A stretch of DNA of 64,000 bases from Clostridiales bacterium (GCA_004556165.1 SFIR01000002.1:2118-66117); one strand, 5' to 3'. Positions 25,949-35,968 are shown, counted from the stretch's first letter. The notes: generated from the letters alone by a model not told the origin. Program-made: numbers and translations.

Positions 25949-27778
25949 ATGAAAAGAATCATTTCTGTTATTCTTGCGGTATTGCTGCTGATACCGCTTG
26001 CCGCATGCAAAAAGAACGTTGAATCCCCAACGGAACAACCGACGGCTGACCCGACTGTTCAGCCCACAGCCGAAATAACCGAACAGCCAACGGTTGCACC
26101 GACCGATGCTCCTGATCTTTCGGAAGCAGATATTACGTTTAATGAGATAGATTTGGAATTGTTTATCAGCGTTGTAACGTCGGATGGCATGACTTACCAT
26201 CAGTTCGTTAAGGATCCTGCGTCCTTCGGCATTGATGAAGTGGATGTTGAGAGAGGCTGGGGAGAGCTTTCATATGAGAACTATCTTGAAGGTGCGCAAG
26301 AGGATGCCGAACTCAAGGCAAGGCTGCTTGCTTTGGATTATGATAGCCTTTCGGACTATAATAAGCTTGCTTATGATAACCTGATGATGCTGATCGAAGC
26401 AGGCGAAGCCGAGGGAGACACATATTATTACAGTGAACCTCTGAAACCCTTAAACGGCGAACACAGCATGATGCCGCTTATGCTGACTCTATATGAGATA
26501 AGCGATCGCAGCGATCTCGATAATTTCATTCTGCTTCTTGAGGATTCGGCAAATTATCTTATGAAGATTGAGCAGTTTGAGCGCGAAAAGGCCGATAAAG
26601 GTCTGTTCATGACAGAGAATGCTCTTGACCAGGTGCTCAAAACCTGCAGGGATTATGTAAATGCAGGTGAGGATTTCTATCTTATTGAGTTTTGCAATGA
26701 GGTTTTGGAGGATGATGCGCTTGGGCTCACGGATGCCGAAAAGCAGGAATACGGAAATAGGTGCAGGTCTTTTATCATAGACACACTTCTTCCGGAGTAC
26801 GGTCACCTTGCTGATACGCTTGAGTCGCTTCGTGATCAGTGCAATGAAATGGTGGGTGTTTGCGAGAAGGGCGATGCTGCAATCAAATGGTTTTCGGATT
26901 CGATAGGCAGCCAGAGTGGGTGCTACTATTCGCCTGATGTGATAATGCAGCATTTGGAACAGTTCATCACCGAAAAATACGACCTAATGTATTCCATTCT
27001 ATATTCGGATTTTAATGGTATTTACTCCGACTACTTCAACGATGTTACCAGCGGGAGCGCTGAGGGCGATGTAGCTTATCTTGAGGGCCTGATTGTTTCG
27101 CTTTATCCGGAGCTTCCGAAGCAGCAGATAGAGTATGTGACTGTGCCCGATGCGGTTGCCGATGATTTCAGCCCTGCGGCCTATCTCATCTCGGCATTTG
27201 ATGATCCGACGCGGAATGTTGTTATGTTCAACCCAAGCTCCGATGATTCGACCCTGCTGTTTACCCTTGCGCATGAGTGCTTCCCGGGACATCTCTATCA
27301 GACTCAGTATTTCCGTCAGCTGGACGGTCTCAGCTTGACACAGCAGCTTATCGCACCTAGCGGTTATACAGAGGGTTGGGCAGTTTTTACGGAAACTCAT
27401 ATTGCCGGCTATTGCGATAGATACAATGCCGATTGCTGCACCGTAAGGCAGCTTGAAAGCAGCCTGTTCAATATTCTTATTCCTGCTTATGTCAGCCTTA
27501 ACGTCAATCTTAACGGATGGACTGAGGATGAGGTCGGAGAATATCTTGAGGAATTCGGAGTAAATCAGTCCGGCTATCGCAGTATTCTGTACGAGTATTC
27601 CGTTGATATGCCTCTGTATTTCTTTGATTATGCACTCGGCTATATGTGCACAGATATGATTTACAGTCAGGCTGCTCCGTCAAATAATGATGAAAACCTC
27701 GCATTCTTCACTGAGTATCTCGGTTACGGTCCATGCGTGTTCAATATTTTGTTTGAAAAGTTTAATATTGATTTCTGA
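25949..27778 (+). CDS. DUF885 family lipoprotein
   Basis: Lipobox 'LIPLAAC', a Pro/Thr-rich linker, and the DUF885 signature-like 'HECFPGHLYQ'. Confidence 0.8.
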   Translation: MKRIISVILAVLLLIPLAACKKNVESPTEQPTADPTVQPTAEITEQPTVAPTDAPDLSEADITFNEIDLELFISVVTSDGMTYHQFVKDPASFGIDEVDVERGWGELSYENYLEGAQEDAELKARLLALDYDSLSDYNKLAYDNLMMLIEAGEAEGDTYYYSEPLKPLNGEHSMMPLMLTLYEISDRSDLDNFILLLEDSANYLMKIEQFEREKADKGLFMTENALDQVLKTCRDYVNAGEDFYLIEFCNEVLEDDALGLTDAEKQEYGNRCRSFIIDTLLPEYGHLADTLESLRDQCNEMVGVCEKGDAAIKWFSDSIGSQSGCYYSPDVIMQHLEQFITEKYDLMYSILYSDFNGIYSDYFNDVTSGSAEGDVAYLEGLIVSLYPELPKQQIEYVTVPDAVADDFSPAAYLISAFDDPTRNVVMFNPSSDDSTLLFTLAHECFPGHLYQTQYFRQLDGLSLTQQLIAPSGYTEGWAVFTETHIAGYCDRYNADCCTVRQLESSLFNILIPAYVSLNVNLNGWTEDEVGEYLEEFGVNQSGYRSILYEYSVDMPLYFFDYALGYMCTDMIYSQAAPSNNDENLAFFTEYLGYGPCVFNILFEKFNIDF

Positions 27779-27783
27779 TATTT

Positions 27784-27817
27784 TGCCGAGCCGCGCTGCG
27801 TCTCGGCATTTTGATTT
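27784..27817 (+). terminator. rho-independent terminator after the DUF885 gene
   Basis: TGCCGAG-11 nt loop-CTCGGCA followed by TTTTGATTT. Confidence 0.65.
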
Positions 27818-27838
27818 AAGCCAAACATGTGAGGAGCT

Positions 27839-29209
27839 ATGCTAAAGAATATTGATATATATTTTACATATGGGAATCAAGCCGAAAAAGAAGAAACAGA
27901 AAGAGCGCTTACAGACTATGCAAAAAGGATCGGCAGACGCATAAATGGGACTTATTCCGACTGCCGAAGGGATATGCCGGTAATGCTTTACTATGTTCTT
28001 CAACGAATAAAGAAGGGGTATGTCTCGGCGCTGTTAATCAAAACAGAATTCGATCTCGGGGCAAATGAAGTCATTCGGCGGGATAACATAATCACAATTT
28101 CGCACTATAATGTAAAATTGTACAAGCTGATTCGGAAAGATACCATATGCCATTATTATCGAATTCTGTCCGGAATCAAGCGGTATAACAGCATCGGGTC
28201 ATCCTGGGAGCGAGAATACGGATTGATACCTCGCAGGGAAGGCTACGCGATACAGGCAGGGGTCTGCCCGATAGGTTATGAAAGGGTGAACAGCCTAAAA
28301 GTTAAAGTGTCGGAAACCACTGCTCCTATCGTGCGATGCATCTATGATCTTTATCTGCAAGGCTATCAGCCAAAGGACATCACTTCTGAAATCATGAAGA
28401 ACTACGGGATGGAACTGTCACGGACATCTATTACTTCGATCATCTCCAATCCTCGTTATCGTGGCTTGAGCAGCGGAACATTCGATTCGTTTCCTGCTAT
28501 CGTCACTAATAGGGTGTGGCTGAGAGCAAACGGTATTCTTCACGCCCGTTCACGTTCGGATAAGGAGCATGAATACTACTTGCTGTACTCTTTGACGCTT
28601 AGAAGATCAAGGGTGAAAATGCGTCCCGAGCGTTCTTATTTATCATGCAGTAATGTATATGCAGCGGAGCGGAAAGGCGTAAGGATTGAAGCTGACGCAA
28701 GCAGGATAGATGCTGAGGTTATGAGAACGGTTGCTGAATTTATTAAAGCGAACGGAAATTCTCTGCGTTCTTCAGTAAAGTCTTATCAGGCTGAGCATGC
28801 CGGGAAGATCATGGATGAATACAGATACTATGTTGAAGAAGCGTTTGATACCGGCAGCGCATTCAGCAATCTTGTATTCTCGGATCTTGATGCAGAAAGC
28901 TGCTGCGAAGAATTGCCGGATTCGTCCGAGCTGGATATGCTGTGGGTAAGGTTCAATCAATCGCTGAGATACAGGCATAGTGCCGAGATGGATTTACAGC
29001 TTTGCTGTATACCCGAAGCGGATGTGGATGACTACTTTGATCGTATGATGCAGTTTGCTTCGCTTGGGCTTCCGGAAAAACGCTATTATGTATACACGCT
29101 TGTAAATAACCTGACTGTAAGTGAATTCGCTTTGCATTTTATCTTTATAGACGGCAGCGAAAGGACTGCACATTTTAAGAATGCAATTCTCAAAAAGTAT
29201 GCTGTTTAG
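27839..29209 (+). CDS. large serine recombinase homologue with degenerate catalytic domain (probable pseudo-recombinase)
   Basis: Recombinase-domain motif 'PIGYERVN...APIVRCIYDLYLQGYQPKDITSEIMKNYG...ITSIISNPRYRGL'. The N-terminal resolvase-like fold 'IDIYFTYGNQAE' lacks the YxRxSxxxQ Arg and Ser, and 'FDLGAN' replaces DRLxR. Confidence 0.65.
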   Translation: MLKNIDIYFTYGNQAEKEETERALTDYAKRIGRRINGTYSDCRRDMPVMLYYVLQRIKKGYVSALLIKTEFDLGANEVIRRDNIITISHYNVKLYKLIRKDTICHYYRILSGIKRYNSIGSSWEREYGLIPRREGYAIQAGVCPIGYERVNSLKVKVSETTAPIVRCIYDLYLQGYQPKDITSEIMKNYGMELSRTSITSIISNPRYRGLSSGTFDSFPAIVTNRVWLRANGILHARSRSDKEHEYYLLYSLTLRRSRVKMRPERSYLSCSNVYAAERKGVRIEADASRIDAEVMRTVAEFIKANGNSLRSSVKSYQAEHAGKIMDEYRYYVEEAFDTGSAFSNLVFSDLDAESCCEELPDSSELDMLWVRFNQSLRYRHSAEMDLQLCCIPEADVDDYFDRMMQFASLGLPEKRYYVYTLVNNLTVSEFALHFIFIDGSERTAHFKNAILKKYAV

Positions 29210-29268
29210 CCATGGCAATACGAAAGGAAATATGCTATAATCAATGAATCAAAAACCGAGAGGAAGCT

Positions 29269-29754
29269 ATGACAAGAATCAGACAGGGAAGATCAGCATA
29301 CGATACTGCGCTTGACTACTTAACATCAAAGGATCGCACGGTGAGAGAAATAGAGAACAGGCTTGATGAGGGTAATTTTTCGGAAACTGAGATTTCGGAT
29401 ACCGTAGAAAAACTGAAAAAATGCGGTCTTATCGATGATGCAAGATACGCACATAACTTTGTTGAATCGCGCCTTAACACCAAGCCCGTCAGCAAACAAA
29501 AGCTGAGGATGCAGCTTGCGGAGCATTTTATTGATGCATCGCTGATAGACGAAGCGCTGCAGGAAGTCAGCGATGAAACGGAATACGGAAATGCTGCTGC
29601 GGTTGCCGATAAATACTATCGGCAGTTCTCCAATCTTGACGAGGAAGAGAGGATACGGCGTGTCGGAAAAAGACTGATTTCTCGCGGATATACATATGAC
29701 TGTATTAAAAAGATACTGGAGGAGCTTCCGGTAAGAAACGAAGACAATGGCTGA
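29269..29754 (+). CDS. recX: recombination regulator RecX
   Basis: 'ALDYLTSKDRTVREIENRL' and 'LIDDARYAHNFVESRL' three-repeat RecX pattern. Confidence 0.85.
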   Translation: MTRIRQGRSAYDTALDYLTSKDRTVREIENRLDEGNFSETEISDTVEKLKKCGLIDDARYAHNFVESRLNTKPVSKQKLRMQLAEHFIDASLIDEALQEVSDETEYGNAAAVADKYYRQFSNLDEEERIRRVGKRLISRGYTYDCIKKILEELPVRNEDNG

Positions 29755-30532
29755 TTATGCATTTGAAAGAATAAATACGGTTGATTCCACAAATACGGAG
29801 CTGAAACGGCGAATAAATGCCTCGTTTGGCATGAAAACGTCTGTTCTGATCGCGGACGAACAGACGGCCGGCAGGGGAAGGCGCGGAAGAGTATGGCTCA
29901 ATACCGATGGGGCGCTGCTAATGAGCATATGTATTCCGCTTAAAGGCATAAACCCGGACTTGATACCTCTTATCAGCCTGACAGCCGCAATTGCAGCAAA
30001 TGAAGCAATCACCGATCTCAGGGCGGATGAACATAAAATGACGCGGAACACCGGAATAAAATGGCCGAATGATATTCTTATTTCCGGTTTCAAGGTCGCC
30101 GGGATTTTGTCCGAGGCCGCGAATGACCTCAGCGGCGGAAGCTATGCGGTGGTCGGTATAGGCATCAACGTCAATGCCGCCGACATACCGTATGGGCTGA
30201 ATCAGCCTGCTTCATCACTCCGGCTGCTGTACAATAGGGATTTTGACAGGATTTCGCTCGGTCTGAGGATCGCCGATTGCTTGACGGAGCTTGCGGATAT
30301 GCTTAAGGCCGGGTGTGATAAAACCATTATCAAGCTATATTCGGATAATTGCATCACTCTCGGACGAGCTGTTGAGGTGATACGGAACGACGGCAGCAGA
30401 TATGAAGCTGAAGCTGTTGAGATTGACAGCATAGGTAGGCTCATCGTATCGCATGAAGACGGAAACATCGAGGCCATCGACTCGGCAGACGTGTCGATCA
30501 GATGGCTGACTGAAGAAAGGCAAGAAAATTGA
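29747..30532 (+). CDS. birA: biotin--[acetyl-CoA-carboxylase] ligase (group I, no HTH)
   Basis: 'QTAGRGRRGRVW' and 'IKWPNDI' motifs. It overlaps recX by 8 nt. Confidence 0.9.
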   Translation: MADYAFERINTVDSTNTELKRRINASFGMKTSVLIADEQTAGRGRRGRVWLNTDGALLMSICIPLKGINPDLIPLISLTAAIAANEAITDLRADEHKMTRNTGIKWPNDILISGFKVAGILSEAANDLSGGSYAVVGIGINVNAADIPYGLNQPASSLRLLYNRDFDRISLGLRIADCLTELADMLKAGCDKTIIKLYSDNCITLGRAVEVIRNDGSRYEAEAVEIDSIGRLIVSHEDGNIEAIDSADVSIRWLTEERQEN

Positions 30533-31995
30533 TTACTGTTGCAACAAATGAAACATGTAGGGCAATTGACCGATACTTGATGACGGAGCAGGGAATACCC
30601 GGCTGCATACTGATGGATACGGCAGCAAGGGGAGTTGCCGATGCCGTTTTGAATTCTCCGCGCAAAGGAAAAACCGCAGTTTTGATTGGCGGCGGAAATA
30701 ACGGCGGTGACGGTCTGGCACTAATGAGGATACTGAAACTCAAAGGAATTGAGTCAATCGGTATCCTGTGCTGTGATCCTGAAAGGTTCAAAGGCGATGC
30801 GCTCCTGAATTATCGAATAGCAGCCAATATGCGTCTTTCCATGACTGAGGAGCTTTCCGAGATCAGCAGTGCAGAAATAATTGTCGATGGTCTTTTCGGA
30901 ACCGGTCTTGACCGAAAGATAGAGGGCAGGGCGTTTGATGCCATTGAGCTTGCAAATGCCTGTTCAGCTTACCGCATAGCGATTGATATTCCTTCCGGCA
31001 TGAGCGGTGATACGGGCGAGATATTCGGAACTGTTTTCAAAGCTGATGAGACTGTAACAGTCCAGTGCATCAAGCGTGGTCTCATAGTTACCAAATATCG
31101 TGAGTGTGTCGGAAAGATAACGGCTTGTCCGATCGGGTATATGGATGAGGACATAGAGACGGGATTTTCAAAAGAACAACTGATCGATGATGAATTTGTG
31201 AGATCGTGTCTTCCCGATAGAAAAATTGTTTCAAACAAGGGTAATTTCGGAAGAACGCTCATTTTTGCGGGCAGTCCGGGGATGAGCGGCGCCGCAGTAA
31301 TGGCATCAACTGCCGCGCTTCGCGTCGGTTCGGGTCTCGTAAATGCCGTGGTACCGGATTCCATAGTGCAGGCATTTGGCATAAGACCGGAGATTATGGT
31401 AAATGCGGATTCCGATTCGGATATTAGGTCTAATATATCTAAAGCTTCGGCAGTCGGTATAGGCTGCGGAAGCGGTAATGACGTAAAAATCAAGAAAAAA
31501 CTGTATGAAGTTTTGATGAGCCGTAAGCCGTGCGTTGTTGATGCCGATGCCATAAACATTATGGATTCTGAGCTGCTTTCACTTCTGCATGAAAATTGCG
31601 TTTTGACGCCGCATCCGGGCGAGATGTCAAGGCTCATCCATACCGATATTAAATCCGTGATTGAGCATCCCGTTGAAACCGCAAAAAGCTTTTCTGAAGA
31701 GTACGGCGCAGTGCTGCTTCTAAAATCCGCTGCAAGCGTTATTGCGGCACCTGATGGACGCATTCGCTATAACATCTCGGGAAATCCGGGATTAGCTAAA
31801 GGCGGCAGTGGGGATGTTCTGACAGGTATCATATCGGGTCTGCTTGCTCAGGGACTAACTGCCTTTGATGCTGCAAGCTGCGGAGCTTACTTACTCGGTC
31901 AATCGGCTGATACTGCTTTATCGCTTTTGAAAAACCGTGCGCTTATAGCAGGAGATGTGTTAGATTCAATAGCGGAAACCATGAAAACATTGTAA
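30529..31995 (+). CDS. nnr: bifunctional NAD(P)H-hydrate epimerase / ADP-dependent dehydratase
   Basis: YjeF_N 'GGGNNGGDGLA' plus a carbohydrate-kinase C-terminus 'LTPHPGEM' and 'GGSGDVLTGII'. Confidence 0.9.
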   Translation: MITVATNETCRAIDRYLMTEQGIPGCILMDTAARGVADAVLNSPRKGKTAVLIGGGNNGGDGLALMRILKLKGIESIGILCCDPERFKGDALLNYRIAANMRLSMTEELSEISSAEIIVDGLFGTGLDRKIEGRAFDAIELANACSAYRIAIDIPSGMSGDTGEIFGTVFKADETVTVQCIKRGLIVTKYRECVGKITACPIGYMDEDIETGFSKEQLIDDEFVRSCLPDRKIVSNKGNFGRTLIFAGSPGMSGAAVMASTAALRVGSGLVNAVVPDSIVQAFGIRPEIMVNADSDSDIRSNISKASAVGIGCGSGNDVKIKKKLYEVLMSRKPCVVDADAINIMDSELLSLLHENCVLTPHPGEMSRLIHTDIKSVIEHPVETAKSFSEEYGAVLLLKSAASVIAAPDGRIRYNISGNPGLAKGGSGDVLTGIISGLLAQGLTAFDAASCGAYLLGQSADTALSLLKNRALIAGDVLDSIAETMKTL

Positions 31996-32010
31996 TATTG
32001 GAGGTAAAAA

Positions 32011-33174
32011 ATGAAAGTACTGAAACACGGAAAAATCATACCGATCGTCGGCGATGAATTCACGGGCGATATTGCTTTTGAAGACGGAAAAATCGTTGCA
32101 CTCGGTGCAGATCTTGAGTACCCCGATGCGGAGTACATAAATGTAGACGGCTGTGTTGTGACCCCGGGCTTTATTGACGCGCATTGTCATATAGGCATGT
32201 TTGAAGACGGAATGGGTTTTGAAGGCGATGACGGAAATGAGTATTCAAACCCGGTAACTCCGGAGCTTCGTGCGATTGATGCAATCAATCCTTTTGACAG
32301 ATGCTTTGAAGAAGCCTGCAGGGGCGGCGTGACATCGGTAGTGACCGGTCCCGGCAGTGCCAATGTGATAGGAGGTCAGTTCGTCGCAATGAAGACCGCC
32401 GGCAGCAGGGTTGAGGACATGATAATCCGTGAACCTATTGCCATGAAAGCGGCTTTCGGAGAGAACCCAAAGCGTGTATACACGGACAGCAAGACCTTCT
32501 ATACAAGGATGACCGTTGCTTCCACGCTCAGAAAGACCTTGCTCGATACCTTGGAGTATGACAGAAAACTGACTGCTGCAAAGAATAATGCTGAGAAGAA
32601 GCCGGATTACGATTTCAAACTTGCATCAATGCTTCCCGTTATTCGCAGGGAGCTCCCGCTGAAGATACATGCGCACCGTGCCGATGATATTCTTACAGCT
32701 ATTAGAATTGCAAAGGAATTCAATATCAGAATAACACTGGACCATTTTACTGAGGGTTATCTGATTATCGACCGCATCAAGGAGGATCTGAAACAGCTTG
32801 ATGCAGGAATCATTATCGGACCGCTCCTTTCCGACAGAAGCAAGATAGAGCTGAGAAATCTCAGCATGACAGCGCCGCGCATTCTCTATGAGAACGGCAT
32901 TAAGTTTGCCATGATGACGGATCATCCCGTTATCCCCGAGCAATATCTTCCCGTATGCGCAGCGCTTGCGGTTCGAGAAGGATTACCTGAGAAGGCTGCG
33001 CTTGAGGCCATAACGATAAATGCTGCCGAAATCGTCGGTATTGCTGATAGAGTTGGCTCGCTTGAAGTAGGTAAGGACGCCGATATTGCAGTGTTCTGCG
33101 GCGATCCTCTGGACGCAAGAACCAAATGTGTTATGACCATCGTCAACGGCAAGACAGTACACGATAATTTATAA
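32011..33174 (+). CDS. amidohydrolase family metallo-hydrolase
   Basis: 'VTPGFIDAHCHIGM' (HxH metal site), 'MTDHP' and 'GSLEVGKDADI'. Confidence 0.8.
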   Translation: MKVLKHGKIIPIVGDEFTGDIAFEDGKIVALGADLEYPDAEYINVDGCVVTPGFIDAHCHIGMFEDGMGFEGDDGNEYSNPVTPELRAIDAINPFDRCFEEACRGGVTSVVTGPGSANVIGGQFVAMKTAGSRVEDMIIREPIAMKAAFGENPKRVYTDSKTFYTRMTVASTLRKTLLDTLEYDRKLTAAKNNAEKKPDYDFKLASMLPVIRRELPLKIHAHRADDILTAIRIAKEFNIRITLDHFTEGYLIIDRIKEDLKQLDAGIIIGPLLSDRSKIELRNLSMTAPRILYENGIKFAMMTDHPVIPEQYLPVCAALAVREGLPEKAALEAITINAAEIVGIADRVGSLEVGKDADIAVFCGDPLDARTKCVMTIVNGKTVHDNL

Positions 33175-33182
33175 AACTCGAT

Positions 33183-33758
33183 ATGACAATAGCAGAGCAA
33201 AAAGCCGAAATACGCAAAAAACTCCGCAGTATGCGGAGAGAACAGGATCGTTATGCCGCTGCCGAAGCTTCCGATTTGATCTGCAAAAGGGTCATGGCAT
33301 TGGATGAATACAAAAATGCCGGCGTAATTCTTGCATATATGGCGGCAAGAGGAGAGGTTGATGTCGGAGAACTCGTGCGCGATGCTGTTTCGTCAGGGAA
33401 AAAGGCTGCATTTCCATTGTGCATCGAAAACGGAGGACTGAAGCTTCTTATTCCGGAATCTCTTGATTCGTTTACCGTAGGAGCATACGGAATTCTTGAG
33501 CCGGACCCCGATAAATCCACGGAAATCTCTCCGAAAGAGCTTGACCTTATTATCGTACCCGCTGTTGCTTATACGGAATGCTGCGCAAGACTCGGACAGG
33601 GCGGTGGGTATTACGATAGGCTGCTGGCAAAAACCGATGCATGCTCAGTCGGTGTAGGCTTTGATTTTCAGCTTTTACCGTCCCTCCCGACAGAATCTCA
33701 CGATAGACCTCTTGACTACGTTGTGCTGCCATCAAACGTTTTTAAACACGCAGAATAA
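33183..33758 (+). CDS. 5-formyltetrahydrofolate cyclo-ligase
   Basis: 'EIRKKLRSMRRE' and 'RLGQGGGYYDR' family motifs. Confidence 0.85.
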   Translation: MTIAEQKAEIRKKLRSMRREQDRYAAAEASDLICKRVMALDEYKNAGVILAYMAARGEVDVGELVRDAVSSGKKAAFPLCIENGGLKLLIPESLDSFTVGAYGILEPDPDKSTEISPKELDLIIVPAVAYTECCARLGQGGGYYDRLLAKTDACSVGVGFDFQLLPSLPTESHDRPLDYVVLPSNVFKHAE

Positions 33759-33873
33759 TATATACATGATGAACGCTGCGCAAACCTTGAAATGACAATA
33801 TAATAGGTGTTAGAATTAAATGAGTAGACGTACATTGTGCTTTTGTAAGCTTTGACAGAAGGAGTATGAGAAG

Positions 33874-34449
33874 TTGCGTATTATTTCCGGAAGCCGCAAG
33901 GGAAGAAGGTTTGACGCCCCGGACGGAAGAGAAACCCGTCCCACGCTTGACTGGGTGAAGGAAGCAATGTTCGGTATGCTCCAGTTTGATATTGAGGATC
34001 GGATCGTTCTCGACCTTTTTGCCGGGAGCGGAAATCTCGGGCTTGAAGCGCTTTCACGCGGCGCAGCATACGCCGTGTTTTGCGATAAGAGCAGGACGGC
34101 TGCAAAGCTTGTTGAGAAGAATCTCGACGCACTTGGGTTTTCCGAATGTGCCGAAGTTCATTGCGCTGATTGTTTTTTGCTTCTTGATAGGCTGGCAGCA
34201 GGAAAAAAACGGTTTTCACTCGTACTTCTTGATCCGCCGTATGCCGCAGGGTTGACCGAAAAAGTACTTGATAAACTTGTCAGCGGCGGAATGCTGAGTA
34301 CAGGCTGCATTATTATTTCTGAGCATTCATGGAGCATGCCTCCGGATATTTCACTTTTGAGTGAGCGGACGAAAAGCTCACTGGTTTTCCGCGAACCAAG
34401 ACGCTACGGCGACGTCGGAGTGACCTATATTTACTACAAAGGAGAGTAA
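33874..34449 (+). CDS. rsmD: 16S rRNA (guanine966-N2)-methyltransferase
   Basis: 'RIISGSRKGRRF...TRPTLDWVKEAMFGML', 'DLFAGSGNLGLEALSRGA' and 'DPPY'. TTG start lies after GAAGGAG. Confidence 0.9.
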   Translation: MRIISGSRKGRRFDAPDGRETRPTLDWVKEAMFGMLQFDIEDRIVLDLFAGSGNLGLEALSRGAAYAVFCDKSRTAAKLVEKNLDALGFSECAEVHCADCFLLLDRLAAGKKRFSLVLLDPPYAAGLTEKVLDKLVSGGMLSTGCIIISEHSWSMPPDISLLSERTKSSLVFREPRRYGDVGVTYIYYKGE

Positions 34450-34451
34450 AT

Positions 34452-34943
34452 ATGAAAGCAATATTTGCAGGTACATTTGACCCGTTCACATTGGGGCATC
34501 TTGACATTGTCAATCGTGCCGCAAAGGTTTTTGATTTCGTCCATATCTCGATTTTGTATAATCCCGGGAAGGATGGCGAATTGTTCACGGTTAGCGAGCG
34601 TGAAGACCTTATCCGTGATGCAGTATCCGGAATAGAAAATGTTGACGTCATGAGCTTTGACGGCTTGCTGACGGAGCAGGCAAAGCAGCTCGGCGCAGGC
34701 TGTATCATACGGGGAATAAGGAACGGTTCCGATGTCGATTACGAGAGCATGCTCGAACAGGTCAACAATCGTCTCGCTCCGGAGATACAGACGCTCTATA
34801 TGATTTCCGATCCAAAGCTTGCATACATAAGCTCGAGCTTGGTTCGGCAGCTGATCTCAATAGGGATCGATATTTCGGAACTGGTCCCGAATGCCGCTCA
34901 TCAGGCATACAGGAATCATAATATTTTAGCTGAAAGGAAGTAA
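34452..34943 (+). CDS. coaD: pantetheine-phosphate adenylyltransferase
   Basis: 'AIFAGTFDPFTLGHLDIV' and 'ISSSLVRQL' motifs. Confidence 0.95.
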   Translation: MKAIFAGTFDPFTLGHLDIVNRAAKVFDFVHISILYNPGKDGELFTVSEREDLIRDAVSGIENVDVMSFDGLLTEQAKQLGAGCIIRGIRNGSDVDYESMLEQVNNRLAPEIQTLYMISDPKLAYISSSLVRQLISIGIDISELVPNAAHQAYRNHNILAERK

Positions 34944-34949
34944 ATCAAA

Positions 34950-35888
34950 ATGCCTAACGACAGAAACAATGACTGCAAACAGATAATCGAGGATTTTATT
35001 GAGGAGATCTCCGATTATGTTCAGCGACAGAATACTCCTTTCCTCGGGAATAACAGGAGCAGAGTTGTCGATGCTGATAAAATAGATGATCTTTTGAATG
35101 ATCTAAGGACAAGCCTCCCCGAGAATATTCGCCTCGCGAACAGCATACTGCGTGAGGAAGCAAGGATAAAGGATCTGGCTCATGATGAAGCAGACAGGAT
35201 CGTAGATGATGCTTCCCGTCTTGCCGATAAGATGGTTGCAGATGCAAGGACAACTGCTGCCAATACTATTGATGATGCAAACAATTATCATGACAGGATA
35301 ACCTCGGAAGCCGATCAGTATTTCCAGGATCAGCACATTTCCGCGGACGATTATTACGATGCCAGAGTACGCGAGGGCGACGAGTATTCCGAATCAAGGC
35401 ATGCCGATGCCGACGGATATTACGAAAATAAGGTCGCAATGGCGGAGGAAGACGCAAAGAAGATTATTGCCGATGCCAATGCCGAGGCCGAGAGGCTGAT
35501 AAGCGAGAGTGAAATAACCAGACAGGCAAACGAACGAGCGGAGAACCTTCGCCGTTCTACGATAATCAGATCCAATAAGGTTTATAATAATGCAAGGCAG
35601 CTTGCAGATGATGTGCTTGAAGAGCTCATGAATTCACTTGTTAAGTATTATAACCTCGCGGATGATGAGAGATCAAATATCGGTATTAGAGAAGAAAAAC
35701 GAGACGAAGAGCAATCTTCAGAGCCTGTTGAATCGGAGCAGCCCGAGGAAGAGTATGTTCAGGAAGAACAGGAGCAGGATGAGTTTGACGATTCCGACGA
35801 TAGGAACAATCACAAGGGCAGATTTTCAAAGTTCAGCGAATTCTTTAGAGGCATGCGTCAGCAGGATGACGAGGAAGAGGATTACTGA
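34950..35888 (+). CDS. acidic coiled-coil protein of unknown function (ATPase subunit b/H-like low complexity)
   Basis: 312 aa, Asp/Glu/Ala-rich helical sequence. It has internal roughly 11-residue repeats (ADQYF / ADDYY / GDEYS / ADGYY) and a poly-acidic tail. Confidence 0.6.
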   Translation: MPNDRNNDCKQIIEDFIEEISDYVQRQNTPFLGNNRSRVVDADKIDDLLNDLRTSLPENIRLANSILREEARIKDLAHDEADRIVDDASRLADKMVADARTTAANTIDDANNYHDRITSEADQYFQDQHISADDYYDARVREGDEYSESRHADADGYYENKVAMAEEDAKKIIADANAEAERLISESEITRQANERAENLRRSTIIRSNKVYNNARQLADDVLEELMNSLVKYYNLADDERSNIGIREEKRDEEQSSEPVESEQPEEEYVQEEQEQDEFDDSDDRNNHKGRFSKFSEFFRGMRQQDDEEEDY

Positions 35889-35968
35889 TATTGTATGCGT
35901 TGAAGAGCAGAACTCCGATTCTGCTCTTTTTGCATGTATGTAATCCGATTCAATACATGCGGTTACCG

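Noticed and set aside
26020-26110. Repetitive-looking DNA (ACCGA/CAGCC motifs).
   Set aside because: It encodes the Pro/Thr/Gln-rich linker (TEQPTADPTVQPTAEITEQPTVAPTDAP) of the DUF885 lipoprotein. It is a coding low-complexity region, not a repeat element or a CRISPR array.
30969-31763. A 264-aa minus-strand ORF. Similar long antisense ORFs occur at 21793-22365, 19751-20344, 42848-43525, 38504-39016 and 61980-62555.
   Set aside because: All lie wholly inside and antisense to confidently identified genes (nnr, trkH, the peptidase, smc, ackA, pheT). Their translations are Ser/Arg/Ala-rich with no recognisable domains.
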